A DNA stretch of 27,300 bases from a virus (taxonomy: Duplodnaviria; Caudoviricetes), in IMG/VR virus record IMGVR_UViG_3300020374_000029, positions 1-27,300 of that record; one strand, written 5' to 3'. Below the pieces are notes generated by a model. That model worked only from the letters and a program-made list of their open reading frames with translations, did no database searches and was not told the DNA's origin. Every line of letters starts with the position of its first letter. The first letter of the stretch is position 1. Positions 15,736 to 26,200 of the stretch are shown here, piece by piece. A program made the position numbers and the translations under genes.

Positions 15736-15761
15736 AGTTATATTAGCTGATAATTTATTAA

Positions 15762-15769
15762 TATTTATA
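15762..15769 (-). promoter_or_regulatory. T4-type late promoter TATAAATA for clpP
   Basis: Exact match 26 nt before ATG 15735. Confidence 0.6.
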
Positions 15770-15796
15770 AAATTCACCTAAAATTAAAACACTACA

Positions 15797-15814
15797 TAAT
15801 AGCACACATAAATA
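15797..15814 (+). promoter_or_regulatory. Late promoter TAAT-N8-TAAATA for the gp25-gp6-giant baseplate operon
   Basis: cataat-agcacaca-taaata, 28 nt before ATG 15843. Confidence 0.6.
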
Positions 15815-15842
15815 TCATTATAACTATAGATTAAGAGATACA

Positions 15843-16322
15843 ATGGCATACGGAAATACAGGAAATTCTGGCGGAGCAGTAGGACAAGCGGCTAATACTA
15901 CCACTACTGTTACCTCATCTATAACTAAAACCGATATGGGTTTTGGAACAAAAATCTATAGAGGTTTCAGTTCCAAACTAGGCGGTATAAAATCAGAAGT
16001 TTCTGACATGGATTTAATCAAGCAGGATTTACTAAATCATTTTTACACTAGAAAAGGTGAACGTTTAATGAGTCCTGAATTTGGATCAATTATTCAAGAC
16101 ATGGTGTTTGAACCACTTGATGAAGACAACAAAGAATTAATTCTTGAAGACGTAAAAAATGTGGTTGAAAGCGATCCACGATTAATATTAGAAACAGCTT
16201 TTCTTGATCAATTAGAAAATGGCTTAAGAGTCAATATCCAAGCAAAAGTAAAGCCAGGTAACAAATCCTTACAATTGAGTTTAGATTTTGAAACTGAGGC
16301 TTCAACGGAGGCAATTTTATAA
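15843..16322 (+). CDS. gp25: Baseplate wedge subunit / sheath initiator, T4 gp25-like
   Basis: DLIKQDLLNHFYTRKGERLMSPEFGSIIQDMVFEP-DPR motif. Confidence 0.9.
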   Translation: MAYGNTGNSGGAVGQAANTTTTVTSSITKTDMGFGTKIYRGFSSKLGGIKSEVSDMDLIKQDLLNHFYTRKGERLMSPEFGSIIQDMVFEPLDEDNKELILEDVKNVVESDPRLILETAFLDQLENGLRVNIQAKVKPGNKSLQLSLDFETEASTEAIL

Positions 16323-19300
16323 TGAGTCAGGTAATAAGACAAAATAATTTATTTGCGGCAGAAGATTGGAAAACAATCTACAGAATTTTTACACAATCAG
16401 ATTTTAAATCATATGACTTTGACACAATTAGACAGTCAATGGTCAACTATATGCAAGTCAACTTTCCAGAAGACTTTAATGATTACATTGAATCATCTGA
16501 ATTTATTGCCATTATTGATTTGTTAGCTTTCCTAGGTCAGTCACTTGCGTTCAGAATTGATTTGAACTCTAGAGAAAACTTTTTAGACACAGCAGAGAGA
16601 AGAGAATCAATTTTAAAACTTGCAAAACTTCTTTCTTACAAACCATCACGTAATCAACCAGCAAGAGGTATCGTAAAAATAAAATCAATTACTACTTCAG
16701 AACCAATTACAGATGGCGAAGGTATAGATTTACAAAACAAAAAAGTTTTTTGGAACGACTCAGCAAACTTAAATTGGTATGACCAATGGTTAAGAGTAAT
16801 GAATGCATCTTTTGATTCAACCAATACATTTGGTAGTCCGGTAAAATCAGATATTTTACAAACAATACCAACAGACATTTATTACATGAACAACTTAAAA
16901 CAATTTGATGTTGTTAGAGCATTTAATTCTAACATAAAAGGTCAAAGTAGATCATTTGAAATTGTTAATATTGATATATCAGATGCAAAACAATTAAAAG
17001 AAGTAGAACCAGATCCGTTTTCACCATTCACTATGATTTATAGAAATGATGGAACTGGAAATTCGTCAGCAAACACAGGTTGGTTCTTGTACTTTAAAGA
17101 AGGTATTCTTGAAAGCGAAGATTTCACTTTTGATTCACCGTTGCCAAACAGAAATATCAATATTGATGTTGATAATATTAACGAGTTTGACGTTTGGTTA
17201 CAACAAGTTGATAGTAATGGTACTCCAATACTATCATGGGACAAAGTACCAGCAGTATCAGGCAACAACATTGTTTACAATTCACTAGCATTTAATAAAA
17301 GAAATGTTTTTACAGTTGAATCAAGAAACAATGATAGAATTTCAATTAAGTTTCCAGATGGAAACTTTGGTAATGTTCCAGTTGGAACATATAGAGCATG
17401 GTACAGATCATCATTTGGTAGTGGCGAAGCTATTGCACCATCTGATATAGCAAACAAAACTATTACTGTACCTTATGTAAACAAAGAGAATCAAGTTTAC
17501 GATTTAACAATTACATTTGATCTTCAATATGCAGTAACAAACTCACAGCCAACAGAATCAGATCAAAATATTAAATTTAATGCAATTAAAAATTACTATG
17601 CACAAGATAGAATGATTAGTGCAGAAGATTATAATATATTTCCTATTGTAAAAGTTTCTGATATACAAAAAATTAAATCAATTAATAAAACCCACCAAGG
17701 TCATTCAAGATATTTAGATATCAATGATCCAACTGGTACTGTAGCAAGTGTTAATATGCTTGGTGAAGATGGAATAATTTATAGACAGCCTAATAATGCA
17801 AGAAGTACAGCAACTATTGTAGACCAAGATACAACAGGTGCATTTAACTATCTCAATACTGTAAGAACTGTTATTCAACCAATGCTTGAAAATAAAAATT
17901 TACAAAATTATTTCTTTGACACATATAAAAAATCAATTACAGATCAAATAAACAATGCAAATGCATTTAGTTTAGAAAATGATTCATCATATAACAAAGT
18001 AACATGGAAAACATTTCCTGATGCTGTTGAATCAACTACTGGTTATATCTATCAAGGTTCAAGTTCAAAAGAAAATGCATTTATGGTTTACTTGAACCCA
18101 CAAAACAACGAAGCAAAATTAAGTTATATAAGACCAGGAACAAAATTAGAATTCACAAATGAAAATAGAAGCTCAGTCATATGGGCAACTGTTGTGTCTA
18201 TTGCAAATGATGGATTTATGTTTACAGCAGATACAGTAGGATCTATTACACTTGATAGTGCTATTCCAAATGGATTTAAATTAAGAACAGTTATTCCAAA
18301 TCTTAGATCAACACTAACGTCAGGTGAACAGTCGGAAGAATTTAATATTGAAGCAAAAATGAAGTTGAATGAAGACTTTGGTTTAGGTTATAATTTCTGG
18401 GATAGTGCATCTAGAAAAGAAGGTTGGTATATTATTGAACAAGAAAATTTAGACTTAACATCAAACTTTGCATATTCAAGTAAAGGTACTACAGCAGATT
18501 CAAGTTGGTTATTATATGCTCACAAAGATCCAAATACAAATATCTATAGTTTCACAGTAAGAGGATTAGAATACATTTTTGAATCTGATAACGCAGTAAG
18601 ATTTTTTAATGTTAAAGATTATAAAAACATTGATGTTAATACAGGCTTGGTAATTAGAGATCAGATTGTATTACCAAAAACTAATAAAGATATTAACGAT
18701 GCAAATTTAGATCGTCCTATAAAGTTTGCAGTTGATGATGGTTTTACTGAACCAGATGGTTTTGTAAATGCAAGAAAAATTAAAGTTTCAAACTTTGATG
18801 GCGACGAAGATGGTATGCCAGACAATCCAACAGCACATGAAAAAATTATACCTTATAACAAATACATTGTTCTTGAATCATATGAAGATTTTGACGGATA
18901 CACATATTACAAAATAGCAGGTGATTCAGAAGATCAATCAGCAATAGCAACTGACTATTATGTAAGTGTTAGTCCAGATCAGCCACATGGTTATCTATTT
19001 GGTACAACTGGCTTTGCTGAAGCTGGAGATAAAAATACAGACATTGTATTATATAGAGGACAAACATACACTTTCCATTTAAACTTAACAGGACATCCTT
19101 TCTGGATTAGAACTACTTTAAGTGCAAATAATGGAATAGGTGTACAGAATGGTTGGTCGGTAACATCTGCACACAACGGTAAACAGACAGGAACATTTAC
19201 ATTTACAGTTCCATCTAACGCACCAGATGATTTATTTTATGCTTGTCAGTTTCATCAGGCAATGCAAGGAAACATTAAAGTACAAGATTTTGATGAAAAT

Positions 19301-20215
19301 ACAGCAAAAGTTAAATTTGTAAAAACAGGAACATCAACTCCATACTTTGGATTTTATGAAGGTAGTGTAACAGGCGGCGAAATTAAAGAAGCAACATATC
19401 AAGGCGGTTACTGGACTACTGAACATAATGGTAAAACTTATAGAGCATATGAAGGAAGATCATATACATCTACAAATCCATTGTTCTTCCAATATAAACA
19501 TACTGCACCTAGAGATCACAGAATTGATCCAAGTATCAGTTCTGTTATTGAAATGGTTGTTTTACAAAAAAGTTATTATGCTGATTTAGTTTCATGGAAA
19601 GCCAATCAAAAAACAATTTCAGAATTGCCACCAAGACCAACAAACACAGATTTATCTTTAGTGTTTAATGAAATTGAAAAATATAAAGCATTGGGTGATC
19701 AAATTGTTTATACACCAGCAAAATTTGTTTTATTATTTGGTGATCAAGTTGAAGATGAAAAATTAAAAGCAACTTTCAGATGTATTAAAACACCTGGAGC
19801 AACTATCACTGACAACGAAGTTAAAACAAGAGTAGTTGATGCTATTAATACTTTCTTTGATATAAACTTCTGGGAGTTTGGTGACAGTTTCTTCTTTACA
19901 GAACTAGCGGCATATATTCATACACAATTAAAAGGTGAATTGGCTTCTATTGCTATAGTTGGTAAAGATGACGAATCAGTATTTGGTGACTTATTCCAGC
20001 TGACCGCAAATAATAACGAACTATTCATGAGTACTGCTACAGTCAATAACGTAGAAATTGTAACTAACTTTACAGGCAGTAACTTAAGAGCTTCAGGAGA
20101 AATTGAAACAGCGTCAGTTGGCGCATCTTCTGGCTCAACAGGAGTAAGAACTGATGCTAGAAGTGGTGGTTCTTCAGGATCATCAGGTTCAGGCGGATCA
20201 TCTGGAGGTTACTAA
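16322..20215 (+). CDS. gp6: Baseplate wedge subunit, T4 gp6-like, extended to 1297 aa
   Basis: YDFDTIRQSM-DFNDYIESSEF-ENFLDTAERRESIL, FPDGNFG, QDRMISAEDY; follows gp25 with a TAATG overlap. Confidence 0.88.
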   Translation: MSQVIRQNNLFAAEDWKTIYRIFTQSDFKSYDFDTIRQSMVNYMQVNFPEDFNDYIESSEFIAIIDLLAFLGQSLAFRIDLNSRENFLDTAERRESILKLAKLLSYKPSRNQPARGIVKIKSITTSEPITDGEGIDLQNKKVFWNDSANLNWYDQWLRVMNASFDSTNTFGSPVKSDILQTIPTDIYYMNNLKQFDVVRAFNSNIKGQSRSFEIVNIDISDAKQLKEVEPDPFSPFTMIYRNDGTGNSSANTGWFLYFKEGILESEDFTFDSPLPNRNINIDVDNINEFDVWLQQVDSNGTPILSWDKVPAVSGNNIVYNSLAFNKRNVFTVESRNNDRISIKFPDGNFGNVPVGTYRAWYRSSFGSGEAIAPSDIANKTITVPYVNKENQVYDLTITFDLQYAVTNSQPTESDQNIKFNAIKNYYAQDRMISAEDYNIFPIVKVSDIQKIKSINKTHQGHSRYLDINDPTGTVASVNMLGEDGIIYRQPNNARSTATIVDQDTTGAFNYLNTVRTVIQPMLENKNLQNYFFDTYKKSITDQINNANAFSLENDSSYNKVTWKTFPDAVESTTGYIYQGSSSKENAFMVYLNPQNNEAKLSYIRPGTKLEFTNENRSSVIWATVVSIANDGFMFTADTVGSITLDSAIPNGFKLRTVIPNLRSTLTSGEQSEEFNIEAKMKLNEDFGLGYNFWDSASRKEGWYIIEQENLDLTSNFAYSSKGTTADSSWLLYAHKDPNTNIYSFTVRGLEYIFESDNAVRFFNVKDYKNIDVNTGLVIRDQIVLPKTNKDINDANLDRPIKFAVDDGFTEPDGFVNARKIKVSNFDGDEDGMPDNPTAHEKIIPYNKYIVLESYEDFDGYTYYKIAGDSEDQSAIATDYYVSVSPDQPHGYLFGTTGFAEAGDKNTDIVLYRGQTYTFHLNLTGHPFWIRTTLSANNGIGVQNGWSVTSAHNGKQTGTFTFTVPSNAPDDLFYACQFHQAMQGNIKVQDFDENTAKVKFVKTGTSTPYFGFYEGSVTGGEIKEATYQGGYWTTEHNGKTYRAYEGRSYTSTNPLFFQYKHTAPRDHRIDPSISSVIEMVVLQKSYYADLVSWKANQKTISELPPRPTNTDLSLVFNEIEKYKALGDQIVYTPAKFVLLFGDQVEDEKLKATFRCIKTPGATITDNEVKTRVVDAINTFFDINFWEFGDSFFFTELAAYIHTQLKGELASIAIVGKDDESVFGDLFQLTANNNELFMSTATVNNVEIVTNFTGSNLRASGEIETASVGASSGSTGVRTDARSGGSSGSSGSGGSSGGY

Positions 20216-23200
20216 TGAATACAAAAGTAATTAGAAAATTACCTGGTTACCTACAAAACCCAAAACTTGAATCATTTTTTGATTCAACAGTTGAGCAATG
20301 GTTTAAAAAAGGTGAAGCTGATTATGTTGATGGATACATTGGTCGTAGAGCAGGAACAATTTACGATGCCAACAAAGATTTTTATGTACCTGAAATATCT
20401 AAAAATAGACACTACTATCAATTAGAACCTACAGCAACAATTAGAGATACTGAAACAGCATTAATTGATCAAGAAACATATTATGATGAATTAATAAGCT
20501 ATCTAAATTATTACAACGCACCAACTGAAAATCATAACAAACTATTTTCACAGGATTATTATACTTTTGCTCCGCCAATTGATATTGATAAGTTTGTTAA
20601 CTATGAAAATTATTATTGGTACCCAGATTTAGATTTAAACTTACCTACTGTAAAAATTGCAGGTAATGAAGATAAAAATATTAATGTTACAACAGAAATT
20701 ATTGGAAAATCTGAATATACATCACCAACAGGAATTACTTTTTCATCTGGTATGTTTATTGAATTTGTTGAAGACACATACGTAACACCGGTTAGTGCAA
20801 TTAATGATGCATCTGGAAATAAAATTAGATATTTTGTTGAAGGTGTTGGATCAGAAGAAGGTATTAGACTTGTACCAACTAGTAGTTTACCAGCAACATT
20901 TTTTAAAGTAAATGATTTACCATGGGACTCATCAATTGACGATGTAGGTAGTACTGGTGATGGATCATGGGACGCAGATGGTGTGTCAGGTTGGAAACCT
21001 ATCAACAATGGATCTAATACACAATATTATAATACATTTGGTTACTTCAATGATGGTAAAGAAATTCCACTCAGTGCAATAGTAATTGGAGAGACAGTTT
21101 CAAACCCAGTTGATTTATTATCAAGAGGTAGATGGGATACAGCACCATCGGCCGCAGGACAAGATTATATTACTATTGAAAGAGGTGCAGAAGATCAAAA
21201 TCCTTGGTCAAGAACAAACGGCTGGGCTAACAAAAATACATTAACAGATTTTAAATCAGTTACACAGGTTGTTAAAACTTATCACAACTGGGACGATGAC
21301 GAAGGAACAGGCTATGATGATATTTACTGGGATGAATCGTATATAGTAACTGAATCACCTTTCACATTAGATGAAACAAGAAGAGCAAGAAGACCAATTA
21401 TTGAATTTGAAAGAAATTTAGAATTACACAATTACGGAAAAATTCATATACAAGATGTTGATGTTGTTTCTGATGGCGTTAACAAAATTGATATTGAAGG
21501 AAATCCAGAATATACTGTTGATGGCATTGCATTGCAAAATGGCCATAAAATGTTATTTAAAAACAATCAAGATGTGCAAAGTTATGTACCATGGGATGCA
21601 GATGATATAGCATGGGACCAAGATACAGACAATGATCCTACCACAGGCGGTATTGAATCATTTCTTGCTCAAGCAGGACAAACAGTATTCAATCTTCAAG
21701 ATTCATTGAGATCACAAGACACTATTTTACTAAATGGTGATCTGCAAAAAGTCGATGAAGACTTTACAGGTATTGGTACAAAAACTTTAACATTTAACAC
21801 GCCATTACAAAGTGGTAATATTGTAAAAATATCACATGGTGGTGGTACAGGTGGTGACATAGGTTGGGATATTAATGATTTATTTGTTGACAGTACTTCT
21901 TCTTTATGGACAGTATCTGGTGTAGGTACAAGTATTGGATTAACACAATTAGATTTAGCTGTTATTGACTATGATAAAGTTACTGTTAGACTTGGATTAG
22001 CAAATGAAGGTAAAGAATACTATTGGTTGAATAACAGATGGAATGAAGGTCAAACAAAAACTAAAATTAACCAGTATCCATTATTTGAACTTTACGACAA
22101 CGATGGTGTACCATTAAGTGATGCAGGTAAGTATACTTCAAGTAACTTTGCAGGCTCAAAAATTTATTCTTATAAGACAGCAGACGGATTAAACGATCCA
22201 TACTTAAACTTTCCTGTATCTTACAAAAATAATTTAGATTTAGTATCAGCTATTGAATTTGAGAATAATTTGTCAACTGAAACATTTTTAAATGGTCAAG
22301 AAGACATTCCAGGATATTATCATTATAAAAAAACGAACTACCCACTATCTTTAAATAGAAGATTTTCAAAAAAAGTCACAGTATCAAAAGATAACAGTAG
22401 TGGCAAAAATAAATTTTACATAGATGGTGTACAGCAACCTTCACTAATTTTAAAAAGAGGCTATACATACATTTTTGAAACAGAAGATCCTTCATCAGGA
22501 TACATTGGTTATACCAATGCTAATCATCCATTCTATTTCAGTACTTCACAGAACTGGAACAAGAATGCGTATGACGATGAGTATACAACAGGAATAACAA
22601 ATAGTAGGGTATATTATGGTAAGAGTGTTACTAAAGACACAGAAAACTTTTTATACATCGAATCAAATGGTATACCATCGTATTATGCCGGAGGAACTTT
22701 TCCGAATGCACAGAACCCGAACGCCATAGTATCTCAAACTTTCAGGTTCAAGATTCCAAAAGTTCCTACCGCGGCATCAACTCCTGTTGAAACACCGCTT
22801 GGTATGATAGGTTGTACTGTTGACGGTGTACCAATATACAACTCAAAGACAGCTAATGTAACAAACATTACTACTGAACAATATACTACAAATGCTGTTA
22901 AGGCAGGTATTACATTAGGTGTTGATAGTGCAGGTATCTATTACGTTAATAGCGACCCAGTAGACAGCTATACAAAAGACTCAGGTAATCATTCTCCTAT
23001 CATTGGTTATTCATTTGATGGATATCCAATATATGGACCATACGCATTTACGAACACTGATGGTACAGGTTCGTTTAAGAAAATGGAAACAAGCTATCGA
23101 TTAAAAACAACAGACAGAGAAGATGGTTCAACACGTGATGGTACATACATGGAAGACTATGAATATGTTGATGGACTAGGTGATCTAGATGAACACAATG

Positions 23201-26200
23201 GTAGAATGTGTGTTACTCCTGAATACCCAAATGGAACTTACGCATACTTTATAACTATTGACGCAAATGACGAGCCTGACTTTCCTTATATCATAGGTCC
23301 AACTTATAAAGCAACACCATTAACAACAAATTATACAGCTTCGTATGATGATCATACAATTAACGAAACAATATCATCACAAACTGGTGGAATGCAATTA
23401 GAATTTACTGTGCCATTCTCTGCACCAGATACATTATACTATCATTGTGGTAATCACTCAAACATGGGTGGCGAAATACAGATTGTTAATAGAGATATTA
23501 ACAATATAATTGATGCTAGATCAACTGTTTTCAACAACGAATGGAAAGTAGCAAACGAACCTTCAAGACAATTACTTGTTGAAGAATTTGAAGTAGATGA
23601 AAACTACATTCATGGCTTTACAAAATTTACTTTAGAAAATCAAATTGATGATACATTAAAAGTTCAAGTAACACTAGATAATAAATTCTTGCAGAGAAAT
23701 ATTGACTTTGTTGTAATCAATAATAAAGAAATAGCATTAACATCAAAACCAAAAACAGGTGCATATATTCAAATAAAATATGATACTGATTCTCAAACAC
23801 CACTAGGCAGATACAATTACTATGATGTTCCTAAGAACTTAGAGTTTAATGCAAGTAACGAAGATGTATTATCATATTCATATGGTGATATGTTAACTCA
23901 TTACTCTTCAATCATTGAAAGTCAAGAAGAGATCATAGGTCAAGGTTTAGGTCCAAACAACTATAGAGATACTAAAAAAGATACTGCTAGAGGCGGTGTG
24001 ATACTTCAGCATAGTTCACCAATGCTAAGAGCAATGATGATAGCTGGTGATAATAACTTAAACTTATTTGATGCTTTACGTCATGCTGATTCATCATACT
24101 CAAGATTCAAAGCGGCATTTATAAACAGCTTAGATATTTTACAAAAAACAGGTTTATATGATGAAACTAATGTTGGTAAAATGGTTGACGATGCAATTAA
24201 ATCAACTAATTTAAACAAAAACAAAGTACAACCATTTGCTGATAGCAGAATGTTATCAATTGGTGAAACGTATACAGCAGAAAGAGTAGTATTGAACATT
24301 GACAATACTCCTTGGTTGACACAAGACACTATGTTACAAGATATCATATCTGAAGATTACCTTGTTGGTGAACCAGGAATAGAATTACAAAATGCATCTT
24401 ACAATCCAGATGAAGATCATGGATTAAAAAATATGTATGTTTACAGAAATGGTGATGTATTATTATATAATGAAGATTACATTATTGATAATCAAATGGG
24501 AACTAAAATTGTTTTCTTAGGTCAGGTTGCTGATAAGCCACAAGTTAATGATATTATAACTGTAAAAATTTATGAAAATATACAACCAGCTTATGTTCCA
24601 CCTACTCCATCATTCTTAGGTTTACATCAAATGTATCTACCAAAATATGAATATGATGATTCATATGTTGAAGGTGCAAGACAATACATTAGAGGACACG
24701 ATGGTTCAAGAGTGTTAGCATATAATGATTTAAGAGACAAAGCAATTCTTGATTATGAAGCAAGAGTGTTTAACTCTGCGTCTTATAAATTTACAGATAA
24801 AGATTATACTCCACCTATTATTGCAGAAGAATTTGTAGGAGATAATTTAAGAACTAAATTGTTTACACAAGATCAAGCAAAAGAAATTTTAAGACCTATA
24901 TTTCATAGATGGGCTATAAACAACAGAGTTGATTGGAAAACTAATATATCACAAGATATGAAAGATGTCTTAATGGTAGATAACGAAGATGTTTATACTT
25001 CACCAAACACTTATGTTGCACCAAACTATTTTGAAACGTTGTATACAAACAGTTGGAAAATATTAAATTATTCTGATACAACTAGTTTACAATCAAATCA
25101 AAAACTTCCTGGTAACTGGAGAGGCATTTTTAAAGAGATGTACGGAACAGATCGTCCGCATACTCATCCATGGGAAATGTTAGGCTTTTCGATGAAACCA
25201 CTATGGTGGGATTCAACATATAGTTGGACTTCAACAGCACAAAGAAATTTATTAATAGATCATCTAGAAAAAGGTATAATAATTGCAGGTGACAGACAGA
25301 ACTTTGTTAACAAATCTTATAACAGTCCAGATAATCCTTATGCAAGACCTAATTTTTCTGATTGGGTGCCTGTTGATTCAGTTGGTGCATTAATTGATCC
25401 TAAGAACAGAGGACTAGTAACAACATACCCTATTGGTCTTATAAACAAAAGACAATGGAACTTTGGTGATGGTGCTCCGGCGGAGTATGCTTGGGAAAAT
25501 AGTTCATCATATCCTTTTGCAATACAGCAATTATTGTTTACACTAGCACCTTTACAGTATACTGAAAAAATGTGGAATACTTTAGGATTTACAAAATCTA
25601 AAATAGTTGATAGACAAGTTTATGATTCACAAACAGGAAGAAGACAACAAAACAAAGGAATATATGTTCATGGTGAATCAATTGAAACAGCTGATGGAGA
25701 AAAGGTAACATTAATTAAAGAAGGTTATCAACAAATTTTAAGTGATTACTTAATCAGTGAAAGAAAAAATATATCAACCTACTTAGGTAACAGAATACGA
25801 AATCTTGAATCTCAACTTTCATACAGAGTAGGAGGATTTACAGACTCAAGAACACTGAAAGCAAAAGCTGAATCTTATAGTCCAGGTACAAAATCAAGAA
25901 CACTTGATATACCTAATAATGACATAACATTTAGAACACATACTAGTCCACCACTATCAACATCAACGTATAGTGCTATTATGGTAACACAAACAGCAGA
26001 AGGATTCTTCAGAGTAAATGGGTACGATAATACAAGTGCTAAATTCTTTGTTCTTAATCCTGTTGAAACAAGCAAATCTAGATCAGTAAATGTTGGCGGT
26101 AAAACACCTGACATTCCAACATTCAAAGAAGGACTTGATTTGTTGATTGGCGACTTTGTTAAGCATAACGGTACAGTATTTCAAGCTACAACTAAACACA

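Noticed and set aside
4770-15777. Track start positions 4814, 12477, 14657 and 15777
   Set aside because: They overlap promoters or upstream genes; downstream ATGs (4769, 12516, 14570, 15735) have RBS or promoter support.
20110-20215. Gly/Ser-rich repeat at the end of gp6
   Set aside because: Ordinary low-complexity protein tail with varied codons; no DNA-level repeat.
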